DNA of 32,000 bases. Origin: Pseudomonas aeruginosa. GTDB lineage: Bacteria > Pseudomonadota > Gammaproteobacteria > Pseudomonadales > Pseudomonadaceae. Below the pieces are notes generated by a model. It had not been told where the DNA came from. It made no database searches and saw only the letters and a list, made by a program, of their open reading frames with translations. Numbering within the stretch: position 1 is the stretch's first letter; each line of letters begins with the position of its first letter. Shown here piece after piece: positions 12,982 to 22,658 of the stretch. The stretch lies in contig NZ_LN831024.1 in the NCBI RefSeq assembly GCF_001457615.1, forward strand, positions 5,010,001 through 5,042,000. The letters are read 5' to 3'. The position numbers and the translations under genes were made by a program.

Positions 12982-13455
12982 TCACTTTTTGGCTTCGTCT
13001 TTGTTAACCGAGTTCAGCAGGAACTTGCCGATCAGGTCTTCCAGCACCAGCGCCGACTGGGTGTCGTGGATGGTGCTGCCGTCCTTCAGAACGTCCTCGT
13101 CGCCGCCGACGCTGATGCCGATGTATTTCTCGCCCAGCAGGCCGGCGGTCAGGATCGACGCCGTGGAATCGACCGGCAGGTTGTTCACGTTCTGGTTGAT
13201 CTCCATGGTCACGCGACCAGTGTAGCTGTCGCGATCCAGGTCGACCGCCGTCACCTTGCCGATCGTCACGCCGGCCAGGGTGACCTTGCCGCGCACGGTA
13301 ACACCGGCGATGTTGTCGAAGTAGGCGTAGACCTTGTAGGTATCGCCGGCGTTGCCCACGCTCAGGCCGCTGACCCGCAGGGCCAGCAGCAACAGGGCCA
13401 GCAGGCCGGCCAGGAGGAACAGGCCGACACCGATTTCCAGGGTGCGGGTTTGCAT
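12982..13455 (-). CDS. mlaD: MCE-domain phospholipid-binding protein MlaD
   Basis: 157-aa ORF with an N-terminal TM helix and an MCE domain (YFDNIAGVTVRGKVTLAGVTIGKV). Confidence 0.9.
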   Translation of the reverse strand: MQTRTLEIGVGLFLLAGLLALLLLALRVSGLSVGNAGDTYKVYAYFDNIAGVTVRGKVTLAGVTIGKVTAVDLDRDSYTGRVTMEINQNVNNLPVDSTASILTAGLLGEKYIGISVGGDEDVLKDGSTIHDTQSALVLEDLIGKFLLNSVNKDEAKK

Positions 13456-14253
13456 TCAGAAATCTCCAAACATCAAAGCAGTCAGAATGAAGTCGAGCCC
13501 CAGCACCGCCAGGGAGGCATAGACCACGGTCCGGGTCGTCGCCCGGCTGATTCCTTCCGAGGTCGGCTCGCAGTCGTAGCCTTGGTAGACCGCGATCCAG
13601 GTCACCACGAAGGCGAATACGATACTTTTGATCACGCCGTTGAGCACATCCTCGGTGAACTGCACGCTGTTCTGCATGTTCGCCCAGAACGACCCCTCGT
13701 ATACGCCCAGCCAGTCGACCGCGACCATCGCCCCACCCCAGATGCCGACCACGCTGAAGATCGCGGCGAGCAGCGGCATGGAGATGAAACCGGCCCACAG
13801 GCGCGGCGCGACGATGTACTTGAGCGGGTCGACACCGATCATTTCCAGGCTGGAAAGCTGTTCGGTGGCCTTCATGTTGCCGATTTCCGCGGTAAGCGCA
13901 GAGCCGGCACGGCCGGCGAACAGCAGGCCGGTCACCACCGGCCCCAGTTCGCGCAGCAGGGTCAGGGCCACCATCTGCCCGACCGCCTGCTCGGAACCAT
14001 AGGAAATCAGGATGTTGTAGCCCTGCAGGGCCAGCACCATGCCAATGAACAGGCCCGAGACGACGATGATCGCCAGCGACAGCACGCCTACCGAGTAGAG
14101 TTGCTTCACCAGCAGGTGCAAACCGGTGCCTGGCGTGCGCCGGCCGAGCAGGGCGTGGCCGAGGAACAGGGTCGAGCGGCCGAGCGCGGCGACCACGTCC
14201 AGGCCGGCGCGGCCGAACAGCCGGATACGTTCGAGGGGAGAGACTCTACGCAT
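13456..14253 (-). CDS. mlaE: ABC transporter permease MlaE
   Basis: 265-aa polytopic membrane ORF of the MlaE/Ttg2B family. Its start overlaps the mlaF stop (TGATG). Confidence 0.9.
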   Translation of the reverse strand: MRRVSPLERIRLFGRAGLDVVAALGRSTLFLGHALLGRRTPGTGLHLLVKQLYSVGVLSLAIIVVSGLFIGMVLALQGYNILISYGSEQAVGQMVALTLLRELGPVVTGLLFAGRAGSALTAEIGNMKATEQLSSLEMIGVDPLKYIVAPRLWAGFISMPLLAAIFSVVGIWGGAMVAVDWLGVYEGSFWANMQNSVQFTEDVLNGVIKSIVFAFVVTWIAVYQGYDCEPTSEGISRATTRTVVYASLAVLGLDFILTALMFGDF

Positions 14254-15062
14254 CAGCGCTCTCCCAGCAGGTCGGCCCGGTAGTCGCGGGCCGGATAATG
14301 GAACGGAACGGGACCATCCGGGATTCCCTTGACGAACTGGCGGATACGAGGATCGTCGGTTTCCTTGAGGACGTCCGGCGTCCCGTGGCCAAGTACCCGG
14401 CCGTCGCCGACGATATAGATGTAGTCGGCGATGCTGGCGGTCTCGGCCAGGTCATGGGAAACCACGATGCTGGTGATGCCGAGGGCATCGTTGAGCAGGC
14501 GGATCAGGCGCACCAGGACGCCCATGGCGATCGGATCCTGCCCCACGAACGGCTCGTCGTAGAGCAGGATCTGCGGGTCCAGGGCGATCGCCCGGGCCAG
14601 GGCGACGCGGCGCTTCATGCCGCCGGAAAGCTCGTCCGGCATCAGTTCCACGGCGCCGCGCAGGCCGACGGCCTGAAGCTTCATCAGGACGATGTCGCGG
14701 ATCATCTCTTCCGGCAGCTGGGTATGCACGCGCAGCGGAAACGCGACGTTCTCGAAGACGTCGAGATCGGTGAACAGCGCCCCGCTCTGGAACAGCACGC
14801 CGAACTGCTTGCGCATGTCGAACAGGTCGCCGCGCGAAAGCTGCGGCAGGTTCTGCCCGTTGACCCAGACCTCCCCCTTCGAAGGACGCAACTGGGAGGC
14901 GATCAGCCGCAGCAACGTGGTCTTGCCGCAACCGGACGGGCCCATGATGCCGGTCACCTTTCCGCGCGGGATACGCACATCGATGTTGTCGAAAATCGCC
15001 CGCGATCCGCGCTTGAAGGTCAGGCCCTTCAACTCGACCGCGTAGGCACTATCGGTGCTCAT
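14253..15062 (-). CDS. mlaF: ABC transporter ATPase MlaF
   Basis: 269 aa from the ATG at 15062 with an AAGGAG SD ([16 protein letters not shown]). It carries Walker [10 protein letters not shown], signature LSGGMKRRV and Walker B ILLYDEP. The 39-codon N-terminal extension in the track is rejected. Confidence 0.92.
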   Translation of the reverse strand: MSTDSAYAVELKGLTFKRGSRAIFDNIDVRIPRGKVTGIMGPSGCGKTTLLRLIASQLRPSKGEVWVNGQNLPQLSRGDLFDMRKQFGVLFQSGALFTDLDVFENVAFPLRVHTQLPEEMIRDIVLMKLQAVGLRGAVELMPDELSGGMKRRVALARAIALDPQILLYDEPFVGQDPIAMGVLVRLIRLLNDALGITSIVVSHDLAETASIADYIYIVGDGRVLGHGTPDVLKETDDPRIRQFVKGIPDGPVPFHYPARDYRADLLGER

Positions 15063-15441
15063 CAGGACTCCTTGCGATGCGACCCGTCCATGCTGGACGC
15101 CTTGCCCCGTTGCAAAGGCACGCATCCCGGAGGGGTCGAATGGGCGCGGACTATAGCACTGCGGCGGGTTCTGGCCCAAGGCCTGGCACCGTGCCGTTCA
15201 GCTTGGATTCAGCTTGTTCGGAGCGTTCTCTCAGCCCTTTAGGACATATCGCACACTTCAGGTTCACTACGGACAGAAAAAAATCGCGTCGACGTCGAAT
15301 ATATCGACATTTATGCAGTCATAGCGCGGAGTGCAGATAACGGCGGCGTAACAGAGCATTGCAGTCCATACAACATTGCGCCGCGGGGGATGCGGACCGA
15401 CTTCACAGCATGGCTGGTGTAAGCGGGGCACGCTTTCCCGT

Positions 15442-15447
15442 TATAAT
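15442..15447 (+). promoter_or_regulatory. perfect TATAAT hexamer, candidate -10 of kdsD operon
   Basis: TATAAT lies 35 nt upstream of the kdsD ATG. The -35 region is weak. Confidence 0.35.
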
Positions 15448-15481
15448 CCCGCCTTTAATCCAGGCGCCACATTCGTTGAAC

Positions 15482-16456
15482 ATGAGCCAGAACCTCGATT
15501 TCATCCATTCCGCCCAGCGCACCATCGGCCTCGAGCGCGACGCGGTAGACAGCCTGCTGGCGCGGATTGGCGACGATTTCGTCAAGGCCTGCGAACTGCT
15601 GCTGGCCGGCAAGGGCCGGGTCGTCGTCGTCGGCATGGGCAAGTCCGGTCACATCGGCAAGAAGATCGCCGCTACCCTGGCCAGCACCGGCACCCCCTCC
15701 TTCTTCGTGCATCCGGCCGAGGCCAGCCATGGCGACATGGGCATGATCACCAAGGACGACGTGGTCCTCGCCCTGTCCAACTCCGGCTCGACTGCCGAAA
15801 TCGTCACCCTGTTGCCTCTGATCAAGCGCCTGGGCATCACCCTGATCAGCATGACCGGTAACCCCGAGTCGCCCCTGGCCAAGGCTGCGGAAGTGAACCT
15901 GGACGCCAGTGTCGGCCAGGAAGCCTGCCCACTGAACCTGGCCCCGACCTCCTCCACCACCGTAACCCTGGTCCTCGGCGACGCCCTGGCGATCGCCCTG
16001 CTCGAAGCCCGCGGCTTTACCGCGGAAGACTTCGCCTTCTCGCACCCGGGCGGTGCGCTGGGCCGCCGACTGCTGCTGAAGGTGGAAGACGTCATGCACG
16101 TCGGCGAAGGGCTGCCGCAGGTGCTGCTCGGCACCTCGCTGACCGGCGCGCTGATGGAAATGACCCGCAAGGGCCTGGGCATGACCGTAGTGCTCGACGA
16201 ACATGGCAAGCTTGCCGGCATTTTCACCGATGGCGACCTGCGTCGCGCCCTGGATCGGGGCATCGACGTCCGCCAGGTCACCATCGACCAGGTGATGACC
16301 GTCCACGGCAAGACCGTCCGCGCCGAGATCCTCGCCGCGGAAGCCCTGAAGATCATGGAAGACAACAAGATCGGCGCACTGGTAGTGGTCGACGCGGACG
16401 ACCGTCCGGTCGGCGCCCTGAACATGCACGACCTGTTGCGCGCAGGAGTGATGTAA
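15482..16456 (+). CDS. kdsD: arabinose-5-phosphate isomerase KdsD
   Basis: 324 aa from the ATG at 15482 (MSQNLDFIHSAQRT). It has a SIS domain (VVVVGMGKSGHIGKK) and two CBS domains. Confidence 0.93.
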   Translation: MSQNLDFIHSAQRTIGLERDAVDSLLARIGDDFVKACELLLAGKGRVVVVGMGKSGHIGKKIAATLASTGTPSFFVHPAEASHGDMGMITKDDVVLALSNSGSTAEIVTLLPLIKRLGITLISMTGNPESPLAKAAEVNLDASVGQEACPLNLAPTSSTTVTLVLGDALAIALLEARGFTAEDFAFSHPGGALGRRLLLKVEDVMHVGEGLPQVLLGTSLTGALMEMTRKGLGMTVVLDEHGKLAGIFTDGDLRRALDRGIDVRQVTIDQVMTVHGKTVRAEILAAEALKIMEDNKIGALVVVDADDRPVGALNMHDLLRAGVM

Positions 16457-16995
16457 TGAGCGATACCCATTCGGCCGCGGAACTCCCGGTCCGGGCCAGC
16501 CGGATACGCCTGGCGATCTTCGACGTCGACGGCGTGCTGACCGACGGCAAGCTGTATTTCCTCGTCGACGGCAGCGAGTTCAAGACCTTCAACACCCTGG
16601 ACGGACATGGCATCAAGATGCTCATCGCCTCCGGCGTGCGCACCGCCATCATCACCGGCCGCGACACTCCGGTGGTCGAACGGCGCGCGCGCAACCTGGG
16701 CATCCAGCATCTCTATCAGGGCCGGGAAGACAAGCTCGCCGTCCTCGACGAACTTCTCGGCGAACTCGGACTAGGCTATGAGCAAGTCGCCTACCTTGGC
16801 GACGACCTGCCCGATCTGCCGGTGATCCGCCGCGTCGGCCTGGGCATGGCGGTAGCCAGTGCCGACCCGTTCGTGCGCCAGCATGCCCATGGCGTCACCG
16901 CGGCCCGCGGCGGCGAAGGCGCCGCCCGCGAGTTCTGCGAACTGATCATGCGCGCCCAGGGTACGCTCGAAGCCGCCCAGGGCGCCTATCTGTAG
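16456..16995 (+). CDS. kdsC: KDO-8-phosphate phosphatase KdsC
   Basis: 179-aa HAD-family ORF with the FDVDGVLTDG motif. It overlaps the kdsD stop in a TAATG arrangement. Confidence 0.92.
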   Translation: MSDTHSAAELPVRASRIRLAIFDVDGVLTDGKLYFLVDGSEFKTFNTLDGHGIKMLIASGVRTAIITGRDTPVVERRARNLGIQHLYQGREDKLAVLDELLGELGLGYEQVAYLGDDLPDLPVIRRVGLGMAVASADPFVRQHAHGVTAARGGEGAAREFCELIMRAQGTLEAAQGAYL

Positions 16996-17003
16996 AGCCG
17001 ACC

Positions 17004-17576
17004 ATGCCGAAGACACTACGCCAGAAACTGCTGCTCGCCCTGATCGCCCTGTTGCTGATCGTCGCGGGCTACTACTGGAACGTCGGGCTCGAGCTGTTCA
17101 ACGAACAGCCGACCCGCCCCGGCCAGGACAACACCATCGACTACTATGCCGAGAATGCCCATAGCCTCCAGTACCAGGAGGACGGCAGCCTCGACTACGA
17201 GATGACCGCGGTGAAGCTGGAGCACCAGAAAGCCACGGACATCACTTTCGTCACCACCCCCGACCTGCTGCTCTTCCGTGGCAACGTGCAACCCTGGCAC
17301 ATCCAGAGCGCCCGCGCCGAAGTCGGACCGAAAGGCAAGGAGGTCGAACTCATCGACGACGTGCGCGTCGCACGTACCGATGCCAAGGGCCAACCAAGCA
17401 TCCTGACCACCACTCGGCTGACCGTATTCCCCGACAAGAATTATGCACAGACCGAGCAAGCCGTTAAAATCGACGCGGCCAATGGAGTGACGACGGCTGT
17501 TGGAATGAAAGCGTATCTGAAAGACAGCCGGATGCACCTGCTGTCCAACGTAAGAGGTCAGCATGAGGTTCGTTAA
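17004..17576 (+). CDS. lptC: LPS export protein LptC
   Basis: 190-aa ORF with an N-terminal TM anchor and an LptC fold, positioned between kdsC and lptA. Confidence 0.88.
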   Translation: MPKTLRQKLLLALIALLLIVAGYYWNVGLELFNEQPTRPGQDNTIDYYAENAHSLQYQEDGSLDYEMTAVKLEHQKATDITFVTTPDLLLFRGNVQPWHIQSARAEVGPKGKEVELIDDVRVARTDAKGQPSILTTTRLTVFPDKNYAQTEQAVKIDAANGVTTAVGMKAYLKDSRMHLLSNVRGQHEVR

Positions 17577-18090
17577 TACCCTCCCCCTTATTTTCGGTCT
17601 GACTGCCGCCCTCGGCAGCTCCATGGCCTTGGCCCTGCCTTCGGACCGCGAACAACCGATCCGCGTCCAGGCCGACAGCGCCGAACTGGACGACAAGCAG
17701 GGCGTCGCGGTCTACCGCGGCGACGTCGTGGTGACCCAGGGCAGCACCAAGCTGACCGGCAACACCGTGACCCTGAAGCAGGACAAGAACGGCGACATCG
17801 AGGTCGTGACCTCGGTCGGCAAGCCTGCCTACTACGAGCAGAAACCCGCTCCGGACAAGGACGTGACCAAGGCCTATGGCCTGACCATCCAGTACTTCGT
17901 CACGCAGAACCGGGTCGTGCTGATCGACCAGGCCAAGGTGATCCAGGAAGGCAACACCTTCGAAGGCGAGAAGATCGTCTACGACACCCAGCGCCAGATC
18001 GTCAACGCGGGTCGTGCCACCGGCTCCCAGGTGACCAGCCCGCGCCCGCGCATCGACATGGTCATCCAGCCGAAGAAAAAGGCCCAGTAA
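17563..18090 (+). CDS. lptA: periplasmic LPS transport protein LptA (LptH)
   Basis: 175-aa ORF with a signal peptide (GSSMALA-LP) and an OstA-N beta-jellyroll sequence. It overlaps lptC by 14 nt. Confidence 0.9.
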   Translation: MRFVNTLPLIFGLTAALGSSMALALPSDREQPIRVQADSAELDDKQGVAVYRGDVVVTQGSTKLTGNTVTLKQDKNGDIEVVTSVGKPAYYEQKPAPDKDVTKAYGLTIQYFVTQNRVVLIDQAKVIQEGNTFEGEKIVYDTQRQIVNAGRATGSQVTSPRPRIDMVIQPKKKAQ

Positions 18091-18815
18091 TGGCAACGCT
18101 CAAAGCCCAGCACCTGGCCAAAAGCTATAAAGGCCGGCAAGTCGTCCGCGACGTCAGCATGTCCATCGATAGCGGGCAGATCGTCGGCCTGCTCGGTCCG
18201 AACGGTGCCGGCAAGACCACCTGCTTCTACATGATCGTCGGCCTGGTCCAGGCCGACCAGGGCGTGGTCCGCATCGACGAGCAGAACGTCACCCACCTGC
18301 CGATGCACGGGCGCGCCCGGGCCGGCATCGGCTACCTGCCGCAGGAAGCCTCGATCTTCCGCAAGCTGTCGGTATCCGACAACATCATGGCGATCCTCGA
18401 GACCCGCAGCGACCTCGATCGCAACGGTCGCAAGGAAGCCCTGGAAGGCCTGCTGCAGGAATTCCACATCCACCACATCCGCGACAACCTCGGCATGAGC
18501 CTGTCCGGCGGCGAACGACGCCGGGTGGAAATCGCCCGCGCCCTGGCCAGCGCGCCGAAATTCATCCTCCTCGACGAGCCCTTCGCCGGCGTGGACCCGA
18601 TCTCGGTCGGCGACATCAAGCAGATCATCCATCACCTCAAGGCGAAGGGTATCGGCATCCTCATCACCGACCACAACGTCCGCGAGACCCTGGACATCTG
18701 TGAAACGGCGTATATCGTCAATGATGGGCAGTTGATCGCGGAGGGGGATGCCGAGAGCATCCTCGCCAACGACCTGGTCAAGGAAGTCTACCTGGGGCAC
18801 GAGTTCCGCCTCTGA
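18090..18815 (+). CDS. lptB: LPS export ABC transporter ATPase LptB
   Basis: 241-aa ORF with Walker [10 protein letters not shown], signature [10 protein letters not shown] and Walker B ILLDEP. Confidence 0.95.
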   Translation: MATLKAQHLAKSYKGRQVVRDVSMSIDSGQIVGLLGPNGAGKTTCFYMIVGLVQADQGVVRIDEQNVTHLPMHGRARAGIGYLPQEASIFRKLSVSDNIMAILETRSDLDRNGRKEALEGLLQEFHIHHIRDNLGMSLSGGERRRVEIARALASAPKFILLDEPFAGVDPISVGDIKQIIHHLKAKGIGILITDHNVRETLDICETAYIVNDGQLIAEGDAESILANDLVKEVYLGHEFRL

Positions 18816-18946
18816 AGAAATCTCCTAGCGCGCCCTCCGGCCTCGCCGGAGCGGTTCCGCTCGCCCGCGGTTTCGCAACCGCGAGTGCCGCCTGGAGCGG
18901 ATGATTTATTCAGAGCAACCCTAGGCAAAGTACGAAAATTCAGGCA

Positions 18947-18952
18947 TATAAT
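18947..18952 (+). promoter_or_regulatory. perfect TATAAT hexamer, candidate -10 of rpoN
   Basis: TATAAT sits in the AT-rich part of the lptB-rpoN spacer, 89 nt upstream of the rpoN ATG. Confidence 0.3.
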
Positions 18953-19040
18953 TTGCTTCCTGGCGGTGCCGCCACCTCGGCACCCGTAGTAGTGGATGGT
19001 GCCATCCGGTACCAGCGAATAAGGTACTAAGCCCTCAGCC

Positions 19041-20534
19041 ATGAAACCATCGCTAGTCCTCAAGATGGGCCAGCAGCTGACGATGACGCCGCAGCTGCAA
19101 CAGGCCATACGCCTCCTCCAGCTATCCACCCTGGACCTCCAGCAGGAAATCCAGGAAGCGCTGGAATCCAATCCCATGCTCGAACGCCAGGAAGACGGCG
19201 ACGATTTCGACAACAGCGACCCTCTCGCCGATGGCGCCGAACAGGCGGCCAGCGCGCCCCAGGAGAGCCCTCTCCAGGAAAGCGCCACGCCCAGCGTCGA
19301 AAGCCTCGACGACGACCAGTGGAGCGAACGCATACCCAGCGAGTTGCCGGTGGATACCGCCTGGGAAGACATCTACCAGACCAGCGCCAGCAGCCTGCCC
19401 AGCAACGACGATGACGAATGGGACTTCACCGCGCGCACCAGCAGCGGCGAGAGCCTGCACAGCCACCTGCTCTGGCAGGTCAACCTGGCACCGATGTCGG
19501 ACACCGATCGGATGATCGCGGTGACCATCATCGATAGCATCAACAACGATGGCTATCTCGAAGAGTCCCTCGAAGAAATCCTCGCCGCCATCGATCCGGA
19601 ACTGGACGTCGAACTCGACGAAGTGGAAGTCGTGCTGCGCCGCATCCAGCAACTGGAACCCGCCGGCATCGGCGCCCGCAACCTGCGCGAGTGCCTGCTG
19701 CTGCAACTGCGCCAGTTGCCGTCCACCACGCCCTGGCTGAACGAAGCGCTGCGCCTGGTATCCGACTACCTCGACCTGCTCGGCGGCCGCGACTACAGCC
19801 AATTGATGCGGCGCATGAAGCTCAAGGAAGACGAACTGCGCCAGGTCATCGAGCTGATCCAGTGCCTGCATCCCCGGCCCGGTTCGCAGATCGAATCGAG
19901 CGAAGCCGAATACATCGTCCCCGACGTCATCGTGCGCAAGGACAACGAGCGCTGGCTGGTCGAGCTGAACCAGGAGGCGATGCCGCGCCTGCGCGTCAAC
20001 GCCACCTACGCCGGCATGGTCCGCCGCGCCGACAGCAGCGCCGACAATACCTTCATGCGCAACCAGTTGCAGGAAGCCCGCTGGTTCATCAAGAGCCTGC
20101 AGAGCCGCAACGAAACGCTGATGAAGGTCGCCACCCAGATCGTCGAGCACCAGCGCGGTTTCCTCGACTACGGCGAAGAAGCCATGAAGCCGCTGGTCCT
20201 GCACGACATCGCCGAAGCGGTGGGCATGCACGAATCGACCATTTCGCGGGTCACCACGCAGAAATACATGCATACGCCGCGCGGCATTTTCGAGCTGAAA
20301 TATTTCTTTTCAAGTCACGTCAGTACCGCCGAAGGCGGGGAATGCTCGTCCACCGCGATCCGCGCGATCATCAAGAAACTGGTGGCCGCGGAAAATGCGA
20401 AAAAGCCATTGAGCGACAGCAAGATCGCTGGTTTACTGGAGGCACAGGGCATTCAAGTGGCTCGCCGCACCGTCGCCAAATACCGCGAATCCCTGGGCAT
20501 AGCCCCTTCGAGCGAGCGCAAGCGACTGGTGTGA
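19041..20534 (+). CDS. rpoN: RNA polymerase sigma-54 factor
   Basis: 497-aa ORF. The Gln/Leu-rich region I reads [33 protein letters not shown]. An acidic region II follows, then the C-terminal HTH and RpoN box ARRTVAKYR. Confidence 0.97.
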
Positions 20535-20611
20535 CGTTGATCCACGCCAAGGTGTTCCGGAGGCAGGTTGCTAACCTGCCACTTACACACGGGCAACAAG
20601 GAGAACGCGGT

Positions 20612-20920
20612 ATGCAAGTCAACATCAGTGGCCATCAACTGGATGTGACCGACGCCCTGCGCGACTATGTCGGCGAGAAACTGAGCCGTCTGGAGCGCCA
20701 TTTCGACAAGATCACCAATGTTCAGGTGATCATGGAGGTCGAGAAACTGAAGCAGAAGATCGAAGCCACCCTGCGCATCGCCGGTGGCGAGATCGTAGCC
20801 AATGCGGAACATGAGGACATGTACGCGGCCATCGACCTGCTGATCGACAAACTCGACCGTCAACTGATCAAACACAAAGAGAAGTATCTCGAACGGCAGC
20901 AAGGCGTAGGCGCCCGCTGA
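20612..20920 (+). CDS. hpf: ribosome hibernation promoting factor (sigma-54 modulation protein family, short form)
   Basis: 102 aa from the ATG at 20612 with an AAGGAGA SD (MQVNISGHQLDVTDALRDYV). The sequence is embedded in a longer out-of-context track ORF. Confidence 0.92.
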   Translation: MQVNISGHQLDVTDALRDYVGEKLSRLERHFDKITNVQVIMEVEKLKQKIEATLRIAGGEIVANAEHEDMYAAIDLLIDKLDRQLIKHKEKYLERQQGVGAR

Positions 20921-20933
20921 TCTCCCCTCCCCT

Positions 20934-21398
20934 ATGATCCGACTTGAGCAAATCCTGACCCCCGGCCGTTCCCTCGTGAACGTGCCGGGCGGCAGCAAGA
21001 AACGCGTACTCGAACAAATCGCCAACCTGGTAGCCAGGGAGCTGCCGGAGTTCGACGCCCAGACCATCTTCGAAAACCTGGTGGCCCGGGAAAAACTCGG
21101 TTCCACCGGCTTCGGCAATGGCATCGCCATTCCGCACTGCCGCCTGTCTGGCTGCCAGAGCCCCATCAGCGCCGTGCTGCACCTGGATGCTCCCGTGGAC
21201 TTCGACGCGCTGGACGGCGCGCCGGTCGACCTGCTCTTCGTCCTGCTGGTACCGGAGGCCGCGACCGAAGAACATCTCGAACTGCTCCGGCAGATCGCCG
21301 CCATGCTCGACCGTGCCGACGTACGCGACCGCCTGCGCAGCGCTCCCACCGCCGAAGCGCTTTATCAGATCGTGGTAGACGTACAGAACGGGCAATGA
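20934..21398 (+). CDS. ptsN: nitrogen-PTS enzyme IIA-Ntr
   Basis: 154-aa ORF of the PTS EIIA type-2 family, with the phosphorylatable His in GIAIPHCRL. Confidence 0.93.
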   Translation: MIRLEQILTPGRSLVNVPGGSKKRVLEQIANLVARELPEFDAQTIFENLVAREKLGSTGFGNGIAIPHCRLSGCQSPISAVLHLDAPVDFDALDGAPVDLLFVLLVPEAATEEHLELLRQIAAMLDRADVRDRLRSAPTAEALYQIVVDVQNGQ

Positions 21399-21399
21399 C

Positions 21400-22260
21400 A
21401 TGCGCCTGATCATCGTCAGTGGCCGCTCGGGCTCGGGCAAGAGCACCGCCCTGAACGTCCTCGAAGACAACGGCTTCTATTGCATCGACAACCTTCCCGC
21501 CAGCCTGCTTCCCGACCTGGCGCAGCGCGCCCTGTTGCACACGGAGCTACTGCAGCCACAGGTGGCGGTGTCGATCGACGCCCGCAACCTGCCCAGCCAG
21601 TTGCAGCGCTTCCCCGAACTGTTGCAGGAAGTGCGGGACAACCACATCAACTGCGATGTGCTGTATCTCGACGCCGACGACGAGACGCTGCTCAAACGAT
21701 TCTCGGAAACCCGCCGGCGCCACCCGCTGACCACCGACACCCGTTCGCTGGCGGAGGCGATTGGCGACGAGAGCCAATTGCTCGGACCGATCGCCGACCT
21801 CGCCGACCTGAAGCTGGACACCACCAGCCTCAACCTCTATCAGCTGCGCGACACCATCAAACTGCGCCTGTTGAACAAGCCGGAGCCCGGCACCGCGTTC
21901 CTCGTCGAATCCTTTGGCTTCAAGCGCGGCATGCCAGTCGACGCCGACCTGGTGTTCGATGTGCGCTGCCTGCCGAACCCCTACTGGAAGCCCGAGTTGC
22001 GCGATCATTCGGGGCTGGAGCCGGAAGTCCGCGAGTATCTGGCCGCCCAGCCGGACGTCGAGGAAATGTACCAGGACATCGTCGGCTACCTGAACAAATG
22101 GCTGCCGCGCTTCGCCGCCAGTAACCGCTCATATGTAACAGTTGCGATAGGCTGTACCGGCGGGCACCATCGTTCGGTCTACCTCGCCGAGCGGATTGGC
22201 GCTGCACTCAGGGATTCCCTGAAGAACGTGCAGATTCGCCACCGCGATCTCAGCAGCTAG
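21400..22260 (+). CDS. rapZ: RNase adapter / nucleotide-binding protein RapZ (YhbJ)
   Basis: 286-aa ORF with Walker [10 protein letters not shown] and the C-terminal [10 protein letters not shown] motif. Confidence 0.93.
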   Translation: MRLIIVSGRSGSGKSTALNVLEDNGFYCIDNLPASLLPDLAQRALLHTELLQPQVAVSIDARNLPSQLQRFPELLQEVRDNHINCDVLYLDADDETLLKRFSETRRRHPLTTDTRSLAEAIGDESQLLGPIADLADLKLDTTSLNLYQLRDTIKLRLLNKPEPGTAFLVESFGFKRGMPVDADLVFDVRCLPNPYWKPELRDHSGLEPEVREYLAAQPDVEEMYQDIVGYLNKWLPRFAASNRSYVTVAIGCTGGHHRSVYLAERIGAALRDSLKNVQIRHRDLSS

Positions 22261-22289
22261 CCCATAACAAGAAGGACAGACTCCCCAAG

Positions 22290-22562
22290 ATGCCCGCCCT
22301 CGAGATCACCATCATCAACAAGCTCGGTCTGCACGCCCGCGCGGCGGCCAAGTTCGTCGGCGTCGCGGGGCGCTACCCTTGCCAGGTCCGGGTCGGCCGC
22401 AATCCTGAAAGCTGCGTCGACGGCAAGAGCATCATGGCCGTGATGATGCTGGCTGCCGGCAAGGGCACCAACCTGCACCTGCATACCGAAGGCGAACAGG
22501 AAGACGAGGCGTTGAACGCGCTGGTCGAACTGATCAACAACAGGTTCGACGAGGGCGAGTAG
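22290..22562 (+). CDS. ptsO: nitrogen-PTS phosphocarrier protein NPr
   Basis: 90-aa HPr-family ORF with the active-site His in NKLGLHARAA. Confidence 0.92.
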   Translation: MPALEITIINKLGLHARAAAKFVGVAGRYPCQVRVGRNPESCVDGKSIMAVMMLAAGKGTNLHLHTEGEQEDEALNALVELINNRFDEGE

Positions 22563-22581
22563 GCTCTTCCCAGCGACAACG

Positions 22582-22607
22582 AAAAAGCCGCCAACTGGCG
22601 GCTTTTC
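22582..22607. terminator. rho-independent terminator between ptsO (+) and the ZIP transporter gene (-)
   Basis: AAAAA-GCCGCC-AACT-GGCGGC-TTTTCC, located between convergent genes. Confidence 0.8.
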
Positions 22608-22658
22608 CTTTCCGGCGATTGCGGCCGGCGTCAATTCAGCGCGGGTCGGATGAATCCC

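Noticed and set aside
15184-15200. TGGCAC motif resembling the -24 element of a sigma-54 promoter in the mlaF-kdsD spacer
   Set aside because: The required GC of the -12 element (TTGC, GG-N10-GC spacing) is absent; the sequence is TGGCACCGTGCCGTTCA. It is more simply read as the inverted repeat GGCAC-C-GTGCC.
15197-15216. Tandem TTCAGCTTG repeats considered as a CRISPR or minisatellite seed
   Set aside because: There are only two copies of 9 bp with a 2-bp spacer. This is far below any CRISPR or VNTR architecture, so I kept it only as a possible protein-binding site.
15077-15340. 87-aa plus-strand ORF inside the mlaF-kdsD intergenic region
   Set aside because: It has no SD and an Arg/Ser-rich, low-complexity product. 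It overlaps the mlaF SD and promoter region. I consider it non-coding.
18901-18924. 7-codon ORF (MIYSEQP) after a GGAG in the lptB-rpoN spacer
   Set aside because: It is too short to evaluate, and the SD-to-ATG spacing is only 3 nt. It also lies upstream of the candidate rpoN -10 hexamer, so it would be translated only on read-through transcripts.
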